A stretch of 64,000 bases of DNA from Chlorokybus atmophyticus (GCA_009103225.1 RHPI01001737.1:926091-990090); one strand, 5' to 3'. Positions 21,600 to 35,100 are shown, counted from the first letter of the stretch. The notes: generated by a model not told the origin, from the letters alone. Translations and numbers: made by a program.

Positions 21600-23050
21600 T
21601 AATCCCTACGACTGCTGCCAACTCGTCTTCTGGCCTTTGCCCTTGCCCATCATATAAGATGTAGAGGGCTTGAGCTCAGGGTGCAGCTGCCAACAACGAT
21701 TTGCCATGTGATCAGACCTCCTGCAAGAAGCGCAAGTCACCTTTGGCTTGTCGAAGCGAGGCTTTTTGACTGCTAAGGTGCCCCACATTTGCCGTCCGTG
21801 TGCTCTCTCTTCTTTTACGCTGAAACTATAGCTGTATCCTCTGGATGAGTTGCCGTAAATTGCATAGAGTGATGGAGATTGATGACCTTGATGTACTCAT
21901 CCAGATACCCAGGCCCCCACACAGTGTTGTCCCCTTTTGGCTGCAAGCAGGTGACATAATCCTTGCATAACCCACTGCGAAAGGAGCGCATCTGTGCAGC
22001 CGCATCATATGGAAGTGGTCTTTGGTCAACTTCATCCACCATTAGGCGCCACTCGCACGCAAACAAATTAGCACTCTTGTTGCCCATTTGAAGTTGGCCA
22101 GCTTCTCATCGGCTTCCACCCAAGGCGCAACACTCCGGAAATGACTGCGCATGTAGTCCAGCAGTGCTTGCATGGTATTGGCGAATGTGTCCTTCTCATG
22201 CTGCGTCTACACCTTAGCTGGTGCCAAGTTGAGAACGATGTTAAACTTGTCCTCCTTTGACATGTTAGTGGCTAAGGCCAACTAGTTGTTAATGGACTTG
22301 ATCCACTTCTTAACTGTAGCCTTCCTGTCATTGGGATAAAACTTGGATGGCTTGACTAGTGCCATCTTGGCACTAGTCAAGCCAGTGCTGGTGGCGGGCG
22401 CAGAACGCAATGCCGTCACTTGCTGAGACAGATGAGAGATCAATGACTGTGCATTTTCCAAACCGAAAGTAATGCCTTGCGGCAACGCTTCCTGATGGCG
22501 ACAATACTGTGGCAAGATTTCGAATGCGCAAAGCGGCCCACTGAAAGCAGCGTCAAAGACACGCAGTAAATTCTGAATTCACTGAGCTCAGTGGGTTGCA
22601 ACACAAAATGTTGGCTGTGTTGAGCTCCCTCCAAAATAGTGTGAGTAGCTGCTGGTGCAGCTGATTGCTGTGTAGTTTTCTCCCCAGGCCTATTGACATC
22701 AACATGCGCAATATGAGCAGGGTCTGCAGGCATCTCCAATGGGGTCACCCCCTGCTCAGCTTCTTTCAACCGCGTCTCTACATCAAGTGTAAGGCGTTGT
22801 TGTCTAGCGGGTTTAAGTTTTTCGAATATAATATTAGTTGTTCACCAACAAGGACGGTGTCTTCGTAAATCACCTGCAAAACGTTTCGCCTCCCCCACTG
22901 AGTAGGGTTGACTGCGGAGAAAACGTTCTTGCTTGGTGAGCTCAAGGAGATTGGCTCCTTTAACCTCATCACGTGGGTCAACTACATCCTCCTTTTGCCC
23001 CTCTACTTGCATAGCGGTAGGCGGGGGAGTTTTAATGCCCTAAGATGTCT
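21600..23050 (-). pseudogene. gag of element A
   Basis: LVKPSKFYPNDRKATVKKWIKSINN, SFRSGLCKDY..LQP and a CCHC knuckle at about 21700-21745. It lies downstream of the PBS. Confidence 0.8.
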
Positions 23051-23739
23051 TCCTTAACTTGCCTTTTGCCATGTCGAAACACAGCAGTACAGCTTGTAAG
23101 AACAACGCTGTGCAAGCAAAAAGGATTGTGCAAGCGACGCTCGCAACAACCAACAACAACAAGTCTTATGCCAGAGGCTGCTCGTGTTGTAATACTAAGT
23201 GTAATGCCACTTGAAGGATGGTGACATGAGTGAGTGTTGTCACCTATTGCGATGCAAAGCAAAGCAATTAAATGACGAAGTTCTCAACTGCAGCGCAGAG
23301 GAATATCCGAGAGGCTCCCTTAATTAATGAGGGAATTATCTTAAGAGGCTCTTTTTGCTAATAGATGTGCACAGATTCGCACACAATGCAAGCGCGCCAG
23401 CAAACACTCATGCACATCCACCTCCCCACAAGGGAGAGGGGCAGATCAGCACAAAGCAACCTATACAAGCTAAGTAATTACTTGTTTATGTCTGGCTGGT
23501 CGCGGCGACTTGCCAAACTTTGGTTGCCGCTGGCCTGGCGGCGGTCGACCGCAGGGGGTAGGAACTAACGTGTGCGGCGGTCAGTTCGATGGTCGATGAT
23601 GCGATGGTGCCTGCTGCGGCGTAGTAGGTTGCGCAGTAGGTGGCTTGCCAGGCTCCCTGAACGATGTGAATGGCGGCGCTGCTCCACCACAATAATAACC
23701 ACCATAACCACAATAAGGTCCACCCACAAGGAGGACCTA

Positions 23740-23751
23740 GCTCCGATACCA
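23740..23751 (-). promoter_or_regulatory. Primer binding site, initiator tRNA-Met (plant type)
   Basis: TGGTATCGGAGC, 2 nt inside the 5' LTR, is an 11/12 match to the canonical TGGTATCAGAGC. Confidence 0.85.
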
Positions 23752-23753
23752 AA

Positions 23754-24102
23754 TGTAAACGGAGAAAGCCAAACTGCCCCTTTAATCCTCTACCCCAACA
23801 CCCACGCCGCCGCCATGACTGTCGTGGTAAAGAACCCCCGTCCCCACCACTCACTATCAGCCATACCTTTTACCAGTCTGGTGGATATCAACCAGTTAGG
23901 GTAAGAGTCGTGGATATCGCCCGTTGGTTGAGTTCCAACGGGCGATATCCACGACTCTAACTCATAACTTAATTGAGACTTTTATAAGAGTCTTAGTAAG
24001 CATGGAGCGAGGGGCCAATGGAGCTTGGCATATGAATGACCAATTGAGGTTGTATACAATGATCTTACGGTGAAAACTTTAGAAAAAGGGGAAAACCCAG
24101 CA
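23754..24102 (-). repeat. 5' LTR of element A
   Basis: TG...CA termini, colinear with 6155-6490 but clearly diverged, and followed by TCCGT (24103-24107). Confidence 0.85.
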
Positions 24103-25551
24103 TCCGTTCATGCTTGATAACGTACATCACAAGTCACAATGTACACCGTTGCATATTGTAACTATGTTGATTTTATCTCAGACACCCAACTCCCGTACAA
24201 TGCATATTGGTACCTTGTATCAGCCACAACTTTCGTTCATGATTGATGGTGTATGGTGCACATTACAATGAACCATTATAACAGAATAGATGACGTGTAC
24301 ATAGACATGCGCCTTATATAAACATTGCAAGCCCGATATTAACAATAAGGTTGTCAGAGAGTAGACTTAACCTCTATCAATTGTAAATTCGCATACGCTG
24401 ATTGTGCAAGTCAGAGATACGAACTGCATGTCTAATATGTATCAATGCCAAGTTTAACGATTTTTGGTACCTATCTTGCTTTACATGCAAAAAGATACCA
24501 ATCAACCTTCTTAATACTTGCATGTCCTTAAATTTGCATGACATTTCGAGTCAAAGAACTTGTGCTTAAGTTCAAAGCGACGTACCATCTGACATGGGTC
24601 TTGGAGGCACACCCCTACGAAAGAGCTTATATGCACTTTTTGTGCTCACTACAAATGACAACATACTTTGAAAATTGAACTCAATGCATTGTATCACATT
24701 CAACTTATATTGTTGATTCAATCGACTTGTTTAAACAACAGCTTCATAAGCCCTTATCCTGCACTTAAGAAGCGCGAGGCAGCATCTGATGGTTGTAATG
24801 GTTTTTGTCGGTACTTGAATACTTGTGTTTTGAACGGATCCATCCCCATCTCTCATTAAAGAAAAGCAAAGAGGATGGGTCACAAAGTTGCTACTAGCCG
24901 CAAGCTATGCTCCAAGCTTACGGCAGTCAAGAGTGACTTCGGTTTATCTCTATATGGCTGTTGCACCCTCCTCCTCCTTGTATTCGTTCACATGACAGCT
25001 TGTTGTGCTCTTCTGCACTGTATGTGAGGCTTGGCAAACATCATCACAGCTTGCAAGCCTCACAACAGCGTTAAAGTGGTGGTATCATGTTATGTGCACC
25101 ACCTACCTTGTTAATGGTTGTATAGGGTATAAACTGATGTTTCTCACACGCATAGTCATGCAACATGCACGCGGCAACACTACCGCCCAACCCTGTTAGA
25201 CATGCATGCTCAAATATTGTAGGTACCTGCCCACATGGCCATGCGTTGCTTTGTGTACAGGTGCACTGCGGTGCTCTGCAACCTTTAGCAAGGTTAGTGC
25301 TTAGGGTCTGCACTAAGCCTACGTTGATCCCTACAAATTCAGGATTTGTGCATGGTTATTATCTGTGGCAGTGACGAATTATCAGCTAGTTCTAAGAGCT
25401 GGAAGTTGCTGGTTTGCTACTGATTTGAAACGTGCTTGCTTCACTTGTAATGAAGGCGAGCTTTGCTGTACTAGCTTTGATAGTATGTACTGCTCGAGAC
25501 AATTTTTGCAATCCCTAACACTGCAGCTGTACATTTCGACTTGACTGCTAT

Positions 25552-28015
25552 TCAGCCTGCATTCTGCGGTTGTGTTATTGTTTTTGCTCCCTTCCCAAAC
25601 TGAAGCGCTATGGGCTTCTCATGCAACTTGAACCTGTGTGCTTCCTCCTGCATACATGGTCGCAGCATTATGTTTAGCATAGTACGCGATTTGTCTCAGT
25701 TCAGCCCAATGAAGCGCTCACAACATGTACAGTACCAGGGCTGCTGTGGCAAGCTCTACAGATGGGAACGTTATAAAGGCCTGGCCTTTCATTCGACCCT
25801 CCTGCATTTGCACAATCATCAGTCCAAATAGCAGGCAAGTGTGCAATGGGCACCGCAATATACAGGAGGACCTGCACCAACTGTGGGTTTGCGTCATACC
25901 TGCATCAGTCGTATACTCAACTGTTGTTCCACGTCTGCATCTGACGGAAAATGCCTCCCTGCAGAATCATGTGTTTGGAAACATACGGAATACCCCGATC
26001 AAACAAGGTCATCAAGGACAGCAACATGCAAGCTGCCATGCACAGATGCAGCGCCTCAAAGCAACACCCTGACAATGAAGAAACATACCACATATGCGCC
26101 GCAAGTCCTGAACAGTCACGGTCTTTGCGAGATTCTTGGCATAGAGAACAGCTGTTGGTTCGCCTGGTTGGTAATTCTGCACATGACCAGCCACACAAAT
26201 GCATTGACCTGCTGCGTCAATTTGCCTGCAGCAAAACTCACATGCGCAGAGCAATGAGAAACAGGCACACGACGTACCTTAAATGCAGACAGTTGAGATA
26301 ACTCTTCCGGGTCGGCGCGCCCTGCGCGCAACTCTTCAGCAGACAAGACATCCCGCACTGCTTGCGTGTGTTGCGAAGTGGTTGATGGGGTTGCAGCTGA
26401 AGCAACTGGCTCTGCAGTTGGATACAAAGCGGTTCATGTAATCGATGCATAGGGTGGACGAAAGGAGAGATGGGAAACTGATTCTGATAGGTGTACCTTG
26501 CACGGGTGCAGTGTCACCCAACGGTTTTAAGGCATCTGCTAGCGCCAAGGGTGCTGGTCGAAGCTTGATCTGACATCGAGGGCAAGAAAACACAAAGCAG
26601 CACGTATCACTCGCAAGCATTATTAGCGTTTACAATGTCAGGCTAAATTTGTGCTGCAAATGAACAGAGTCGCCGACTGCGCCACTTTTCCAAATATGAC
26701 AGATAGGCGGATAACCCACCTCAACTACTGGTCTTTTTAACTTGATGACAGGCGCTGCTGCAGATGGCTTGTATGGAGCAACCTCCACGCGTGGCGCTTT
26801 GACAGGTTCATGTGCCTGCCAGTTGTCACTTGTTGATGCGCTCAGTTAAATGAAGCGTAGCTCGTGCTGGGCCCAAAGAGTATACTACAAGGCAGTGTAG
26901 TATACTCGTTGTATACTATGTAGGCTTTGTAGTATATTTCAAAGCAGTGTAGTATACTCGTTCTATAAGCACTGTGCTTACCTCCTCATCGCTTTCTTCT
27001 TCGTCGCCCTCCAAGCCGTGCACAACCCTCTCGTCTCGCGGTCTTTTCTGCACGACGCCAGGTGGTGGCAGTGGTGGACCAAAAGGTGGTGGAAGGTTCA
27101 TCTTGTTCATTAGGTGAAGGACCTGCCAACAGAGCAGTATGCACAGTTCATTGACACAACCAGTAAGATGCATGCCAGCCGTCACGCTGGTGCCATGCTC
27201 AGGCTGCATATGACATTCTCGCCACGCACCTGTGTGTAAAGGCGAGGTACCGCAATCATTGTGTTGACAATGTTGTGAAGGATGTTGGGGTCTGGCGGCG
27301 GGTAGGAGTACCTGCAGACTGCTTACATAAGCTGAGATGATAAAGTGCTTATCTTCCAACCAAAGCTACTTTTCACACTTCGACTGTTGACAGCTATACA
27401 TGACGACAAGCTTACTCCAAGTTGGCGTTAGGAGCAAAATCCATGCCCAGTCCGTATGCAGTGTTTAGAGTTGCATGCTCCTTCATGATCTGGGGGCCTG
27501 CCGGAGGAGTAGCCTTGCGCTCTTGTTTCACCGCTGTCACAAAGTCTGCTTGCAGGGCTTTGCCCATCATCTTGAGGCTGTTGGTGATCGACGCAGACCA
27601 TAAGAATAACTGGGCTTTACTCAAAACCATGCAAATAGAAACAGCTGGGTACTTGTCGCACCCGTTCAGCTTCTTCTGTGCGTCTGAAGCTTCGTCTTTG
27701 CTGGCAAACGTCACAAAAGCAGCACTGCGCAGCCTGTTGTCCGTGTCGGAGAACCAAATTGTCATGCACATTTTTTACCAGCACGCATTGCATGTGACAC
27801 GCGCACATACAGAGACTTCATGCGTGCATCCCCAACCTGCCAGTGTCTCCGCATGGCCGCACAGACAGCGCTCCATAGTGCGCAAGCACCCGTTGGGTAG
27901 ACTCCAGCCCCATATTGTCCAATGGAAGCTGCCTTACAACCAGCGTTTGTTCATCAACAGCTGGAGGTTCAGCGAGAGCAGTGGGCACAGCTTGTGCTGC
28001 AGCAGGGGACGGCAT
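25552..28015 (-). CDS. RNPC3: U11/U12 snRNP 65-kDa protein (minor spliceosome), two RRMs, multi-exon
   Basis: TLVVRQLP...HYGALSVR..DTGRLRSAAFVTF, YSYPPPDPNILHNIVNTMIAVPRLYTQ/VLHLMNKMNLPPPF, and FKNYQPGEPTAVLYAKNLAKTV...IRLMQ/EGRMKGQAFITFPS are all diagnostic RNPC3 motifs. Stop at 25552-25554. Confidence 0.93.
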
Positions 28016-28317
28016 AGCTACAGCACAGCTTTCCGCTGGCAGCAAGCTACGAGTGAGTGTCTAAGCTCTACAAGCTATTAAGCTGTCGAGCAAACTGCAC
28101 ACGACAGCATGCTCACAGCCATAATTAGTACACGGCGTTGGATGTCCGTTTCAATCTTTGAGAATTCAGCGAGCAAGCAAGCAAGCAGCAACCGTTTGTG
28201 CATAACTAATACTCCTGACTACCACACCAACGCCGCCGCCGCCCTGGCGTAAGCGACGAGCCAACAGGTGCGTGCAGCAGCTGGGCATTGCGGGTGTGCG
28301 GGTGCAAGCGGGCGGCC

Positions 28318-31300
28318 ATGGCGCTGGCGGCGTTGGCCGCGCGGGCGGTGGAGGGGTGGTGGATCCCGTCGTCGTCGTCGCATCTTAGCGGTCTCGGGAG
28401 TGGACCAGCGCGAAGGCGACAGCGGTGCCGGTCTGCTGCTGTGCAGTGCAAGCAAGCGGAAGCTAGCCCGCCTCAACCTAGCAGCAGAAAACTGCGCATG
28501 ACTTCTCAGGTGCGGCCAGCATGTTTGGCTAAGGCAAATTTGGCCAAACGCCCAAGCTCGGCATCCCTTTGGTACCTAATTATTTGCTCTCAAAGACAAG
28601 AACATTCATGCTTAGTTGATCTCGTGGCAACTGAAAGCTACACATCGATCTATCAACAATACAGTGAATTGTACTATTTTCATCAGCCTGTGGTTTTTGC
28701 TGCTTGCATGCACGCATACATTGGAGAGCACATCTTACGCACAGGGGGGGGGGGAGGGAGGTAGTTGTCCAATCCACTTGGTAGACAATCCTGGCCAGCA
28801 AGCGCGAGCCACTCCAGCTGCATGGCCGACAGCCAGTGGCAATTGCTGTTTGTGACTAAACCCACTATCAAAGGAGTGTCCGTAGAGCGCTCAATTTGCA
28901 TCTTGAGTGCTCCGTGTCACGCATACCAGCACTGAGCACTTTGTCAACAGCACGTGTTTGCGCTGACTGCTCAGGGCATAGCTTGGACCGACAATGCGCT
29001 CGACGCGCGCATCGAGGATGCGCGGCGCAGCCTGATGCCGGGACTGCACAAGGACATGGTGCTTTGGCGGCGGCAAATACACTCCATGCCTGAGCTGGCT
29101 TTTCTGGTGAGTCAACAGGAAAGCATATGCATATGCATTCCACACACAGCGCAAACAAGCAAGGCGCATATTTGGCATGTTGTCTTTGCTTCCAATTGAT
29201 TAACTGTAAACATGACTCTGTATTTATGCAGGAGACGCAGACATCGGATCTGGTTGCATCTCTCCTTCAAGAATGGGGATATGAAGTTCACAGGGGACTG
29301 GGTGGGACCGGAGTCGTGGGCACACTCTCAGTTGGTACACAAAGGGAGCAGCCAATCATGCTCAGGTCAGTAGATGGTGGTTTTGCTCCCAATTCTTAGG
29401 CAAGGCAATGACAATATAACGATCAGTTGTTGCACAATGATTTTGTTGCCAGTGGGGTCTTTGCTTTGACCTCGGTCTTATTGTCCAGGGCAGACATGGA
29501 TGCTTTACCAGTGCAGGAGCTTAATTCCTTTGATCACGCGTCCATTAGTCCGAATGTTATGCATGCTTGTGGTCATGACGGTGAGCTTGAGAGCTGTCTG
29601 CCTTGTGCTTTTGAATAGTGTGCATTGTGCGGTTGACGGTTATGATGCGTGCAGGACACACTGCAATGTTGCTCGGTGCTGCCAAGCATCTTGCAAGCCA
29701 CCGACACGAGAAGAGGTTTGAAGGCACTATACACATTGTGTTTCAGGTGCAAGCGAAGTTGTTAATGCTGCGCGAAGTGAACAACGTGCATGTGTAAATA
29801 CTTTTTTGGCAGTTGCATTCTTGCAACAACACTGCTTGTGTCCACAGCCTGCAGAGGAGGGGACAGTTACAGACAACCCTGGCAAGAGGAAAGGTGGAGG
29901 AGCACTTGCTATGCTCGAGGAAGGGCTACTTGAGCGCTTTCCCGTCCGCGCAGCTTTTGGCATGCACAACTGGTGCGTGTATGAATGTTGGTCGAGTACA
30001 ACCACCAAGCCTGATCGCATTCACTTGTACTGGTCAGGCCTGGTCTGGCAGCCGGCACATTCGCAGTGCACTCAGGGCCAGTCATGGCGGCTGTGGACAA
30101 CTTTGACATCACAGTATGTGTGTCTGTCCTCGGCTCATCCCATTGTGCTTGTGCAAATAATGCAACATCTGCTGCTATGACGTTACGCTCATGCTTGTGA
30201 TTTGTCCGGTTTAGATTACTGGCCAGGGGTGCCATGCTGCCATGCCGCATCTCAATCATGGTCGGGACCCTGTCGTCTGTGCCGCCCAGGTGGTCACAGC
30301 TCTCCAGGCAAGCGTTGGCAGAAATGCCTACAGTAACGCTTTGCCGTGCATTAACAGGAGCATGTCACGTCGTTGTTGGAAAACACGAGCTTGTGGAGTC
30401 CTCAGACAACATTGTGGTGGCAGGCACTGGTCAGCCGCCACGTGGAGCCTGCTGACTCTGCAGTTGTGAGTGTAACGACCATACACGGAGGTGACGCGCA
30501 TAATGTCATCCCACCAGAGGTGCTCTCAATGCTCTGCGGCTGTTAGCGACTCGGGCACTGACTCACGTCTCAGGCTTGGTTCAACACAGGTCATGCTTGG
30601 TGGCACAGTGCGCACATTTAAGAGCACTACGCGGACTGATATCAAGAAGAATCTCGAGCGCATTGCAAATGGCATAGCTGCTGCACACGGTAACAATGCC
30701 CTCAGTTCTCCAGTTGTTAACTTCCGTCTCTATTCGCATTCAGCTCTGTACCCGACTCTGTCGATTGACCTTGCGTCCATCTATGATTGTTGTTGTGATG
30801 CAGGTTGTTCAACCACAGTCGTGTTTGATGACGGCTTCCCGGCCACAACAAACACGCCTCAAGAGGCCGCGATCTGCGCCAACGTTGCGGCCAAGGTGGC
30901 TGGCGCTGATAGCGTGCGCCATGACACCATTCCACCCAGCATGGGAGGTGACCCCCCAGCATGGTTAACATCGTACTGGTTGATTCCAATGTATGTTGTT
31001 AGTCGGTACATTTACACATACAACCCTAACACCAGTATTATAATAGGTGAAGACTTTGGTTATATTCTTCAACGAGTCCCAGGTCAGAACCACCACACAT
31101 CAGAAAAGCATTGCACTGCACATTACATTCAACAAACAATGTTAGTTGTCTTTTGCTCTTCAGGTTGCTACCTGTGGATTGGCAATGGTCCAGCGGATTC
31201 AGGGTGCATGCTACATAACCCGCGTTACGACTTCAACGATGAGGTGCTGCCGCTGGGTGCTGCGTATTGGGTGGAGCTTGTGCAGACACTTCTGCCTTGT

Positions 31301-31321
31301 GCGCAAGAAGGTAGTGTCTGA
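28318..31321 (+). CDS. M20D family amidohydrolase (hippurate / IAA-amino acid hydrolase-like), multi-exon
   Basis: WRRQIHSMPELAF, GTGVVG, LR/ADMDALP, MHACGHD/GHTAMLLGAA, QPAEEG, FGMHNW, GCHAAMPH, GEDF and LHNPRYDFNDEVLPLGA. Confidence 0.93.
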
Positions 31322-31620
31322 TGGGTGCGGTCTGATATGCACAACTGCAGTTGAAAAAGGTGCTTGATTTCAGAACTCGTTCAGCCCACATATTCTAGGC
31401 TTCCCTGCATGTACAGTGTTATGTATGGGTTTCCCTTTTAAGTATGGGAATATACTTGTTGCTGCTGTGCAGGATTCATGCGCTCAGTAGTCAGAGACTA
31501 CTGCATACAAAAAGTCATAAGCATAGGTGAAGACTTCACCCCATGTTTGGGTTGACAATCTAGCAAGCTTGCTGCAAACAATTGTGTATAGATTTGTGCT
31601 ATGAAATTCTGTGAAGTCAT

Positions 31621-32109
31621 TGGCATCATGCCAGCATGCTAGGCGTATGGGAACATACCGGTATAAGTGTCATGTACACACTGTAAACGTGAGTCGGTCT
31701 GCAGGCCTACTGGTACTGCTCACACTACCACTGACAACTAGCGCCCTCATTAGTCATGACTGCCGCTGTTACTCTACTGAGAGCTGACTTTAGCCGTTAG
31801 ATCTGCTACTCAAACGGCTACGATAAGGCCTTGTCAGCAGAGCTTCGTTAATATTATATTATATATACACTTATACTACCGGCATGTTCCCATACGCCTA
31901 GCATGCTGGCATGATGCCACGAGGGCGCTTGTTGCAGTTGTCAGTGTAGGCCTGCAGAGCGACTCACGAGTTTACAATATGGACTGACAGACGTACAATA
32001 TGACATCAGCGCTTCAGCGTAGTACGGTATTACTGTTGGATACCGTACGCGATGAAACGCATATCCGCCAGCCGCGAGATATACCTACAGGTTCTTGTAA
32101 ACTCGTGAG
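31621..32109. repeat. Cluster of interleaved inverted repeats
   Basis: 31621-31670 pairs with 31867-31919, 31682-31748 pairs with 31921-31976, and 31963-31977 pairs perfectly (15 bp) with 32095-32109. Confidence 0.85.
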
Positions 32110-35100
32110 GTTTTCCCCGGCTGACTCAGCCGACCAAGTTTCATAGCAGGCGCCGGCCCTGCCTGGTCTTGCCTGGTCTTTGAGTGTGTCCGCCCCCCCG
32201 TCTGCATGGAAACCAGGTTGGGACGTGGTGGCGAGAGTGGGTTGGGGGTTGGGGCGGGGCGGCGGCAGAAAGGCCCAGGGTACGAGAGAAGTGCATAAGT
32301 GAAGGTCAAGTAGCTTACAGTGGATGCACGAAGTTGGAGGAGGCGCGGGAGGTCAGCCGGCAGCAACTCAGTGCTCAGGTTGGTCAGCCTGATCATGGTT
32401 ATGAGGCCGCCAACTAAGTGTGCACAGCAATGATGCGAGAAAACAACCTCTTGCTTTTGCAAGTGTTTTTGCGTCACTGTGCCGGTGGCTGATGTGCGGG
32501 AGGATTCCCGCAAGCAGTGGGTGAGAGACGTCACATCCTCTGGGAGGAAGCCCTCTCTATGTCTCCAAAGCTGCATCGAGAGCAGTAAGGTGTTGTCATG
32601 ATATTGACAAGTTGTGACACGATACCGTAACAATGCGTACGAACCCACATGTGCAGCGCACTTACTGCTGCACGTTAATGCTTCAATTTAAGTGATTGTA
32701 CATACGTTCACGCATTGAACTATTCAACATCAACCCACACACCCCACACTATGTGCTCGCAGATGCATAGGCAGGACCACCCTCCCCACTCAGAGCATCG
32801 CGATGATGACTGCGACAATCACAACAACACCAACAACGAGGACAAGGATGAGGTTTGCCGCAAGCATGACCTCTTGATGTTCAAGGGGGAGGCCGGCCAC
32901 TGTGGCAACAATGACGTTGTTGAGGGCTATGACGGGTTTGCCGTCATGAACATTACCTTGACTGATGACGAGAACGTTAATACCTGCAACTGCGCCAGCA
33001 ACACCAACCCTCCCTCATACTCCAGCAACACCCCGCAAGTGCAAACTCCAACATGTACCAGAGTGCATGTGCAGGTTATTTGCACACATGTGATTCAACA
33101 GAGCGCTTATGCATTACTGCTTTGGTCCCTTGTTGTTTCTGCTGCTCCTGCTGCTGCTATTGTTGTTGGCGTTGGCGTTAGTGTGGTGTGTTGGTTGGTT
33201 TTGTCGCTTGTACTCAACAATCTCAACAATTTTACACGCAGGCGCTGGGCACCTCCCTGCCCGCTTACAACCGCCCTGCCCGCTGCAACAACAACAGAAC
33301 AGCGTAGCCTGCGTGCCTGCCTGCGTGCCTGTCTAAGGTGCGCACGCATGTTTAAGGCAGTTGCTGCCTCGTGTTGGTCAGCGTGGTGTTTTATTGCATA
33401 TAGGACGGCGTCAGCTTCGCACTTATCGGCATGATGCTGTATTGCGTGCTGGGGGTGAGTGAAGTTGTGAATGCATGCAACAACGCGCACGCATCATACG
33501 AGCAAAGGCGCAAGTGAGTACTCAGTTGTGGTTGGCATCTGTATTGGCAACGCGCGCATTGGTAGTGGCAAGTGTTACTGGCGGCGTGCACGCACTTGTT
33601 GGGCCGGTGAGTGGCCTGCGCTTGATATGTGAAGCCACGACATGTGCGCACCTGCGCAAGCCCAGCTTGCATTCGTGTGTGCATGCGTGTGTGTTGCAAT
33701 GTGTATGCTTACACGCATCTCAACCTGTGCGTCGCGCAGTGCAGTGCATGCGTATGCGGGTGTGCACTCGTGTATGTGTGCATGTTTGGTATGTGTGTAT
33801 GTTTACGTGCATTGAGATCCTTGCATACGTGCATGCATGTGTGCCTTATTGCGTGCCCCCTTCCCAGCCACCAACCCACACACCCAAATGTCCTTGCCGC
33901 ATACTCAACGTGTGTGGTCATGGTGTGGCTGCTGCCACCCTTCTTTTGTGCTTTCGCCTTGAGCTTCATCATTGTCGCGATGGGTATGAATTGCTGTGCC
34001 AGCGGGAATAATGGTAATAGCGGGTGGTAATCCTAGCTTGAGATAACCATTGAAGGGTGATATCCATGTTCCTGCAGGTTTTGCGTGATAATGTGCGTGC
34101 ATGGATACATGCCATATGTACATATGTACATACAATACGTGTATGATTGGTCAGCAACCCCTTGAAGGGGCGGACATTTGCTTGAACTATTTTTACAAGT
34201 TAAGAAATCAGTAATGTCATAAAACCAGGGCATTGCTCTTGGCACAATTATAGCACATCAGGTGGTTGGGTCTTTGGCGTCAATCGTTTTGCAACCCATG
34301 GCCTTCAAGCCTCGAGGCACATATAGTGTATGAGATGAGTGTATGAGATGGTGTGAAACGGTCAGCGTGACCCGCTCTTACTATACTTCTGTGACATGAT
34401 GAAACCTTGTAGTATACGCATGTGCTAAGTAACCCATAAGACATACAATGTGTTGTAAGGCATCATTCCTTGCCTCTCAAACCTCCCCGCCTTGCCTTGA
34501 AGGCAGGAGTTTGCCACCCCTGTATTGCACGCACATAAGGTAGCATATGACGGTTTGGGTATGCTGAGCCACGCGTATTAAATTCCAATATTGGGGATGA
34601 ATGCCGCATTTGACAACGATACAGCAGGTCACAACATGTATGACTTGCAGTGCCAAATGTTGTTAACTTATGCTATTATTGCGTATGTATATGACATTTG
34701 TATACATAACGCAACCTTTTATTGTGCATACATACGCTATATCTACGTTATGCATGTAAAGCATACTTTATACACTTTATGAGCTTATGACTTTGTTGTT
34801 GCATATGCTTATATCAACATGATACCTCTACGTAATCATCTATTGCGGTAAACATTAAAACTACATCATATTGTGGATAATCATTCCATATGATGGTCAA
34901 AGTATCCGGTTGACGTTGACATTGCAGCACTGCAAGGCAAAGCAAGGCAGAGGGTGGAGTGCTGCCCAAGCCGCTACATAACTATAGGGCACGAGGGTGA
35001 GAGCTGGGGTGCAGTGCTATGATGTACTCATGTGCTGCAATGGTTGACACACCATTGCACGGGTGCTCGTCGACCTTTTATCAGTCACACAATATACTGC

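Larger units (their letters stand above)
10430..21600 (+). mobile_element. Element B: Ty3/Gypsy-type retrotransposon carrying a DNMT3-like methyltransferase and a C-terminal PHD finger, degenerate
   Basis: Collinear plus-strand order is gag (2 CCHC) - long linker - aspartic protease - C5 MTase - RT - RNase H - integrase - PHD. Boundaries are inferred from where element A's protease and gag stop. No LTR pair was recognised. Confidence 0.88.
6155..24102 (-). mobile_element. Element A: Ty3/Gypsy chromovirus LTR retrotransposon, degenerate, interrupted by element B
   Basis: On the minus strand: 5' LTR, iMet PBS, gag with CCHC knuckle (CASCRRSDHMANRC), then after the insert protease (LDTAATHRFI), RT (LDLSSGYHQI, LDDIII), RNase H (DASKF, TDYNPL), integrase (VGMDL, VSDRD, QLERAN), chromodomain-like tail, polypurine tract and 3' LTR. 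Many stops and frameshifts. Confidence 0.9.

Noticed and set aside
22440-22981. Separate accessory gene in the leader of element A
   Set aside because: It is the same strand as gag and contiguous with it, so it is more simply a frameshifted Gag N-terminal extension.
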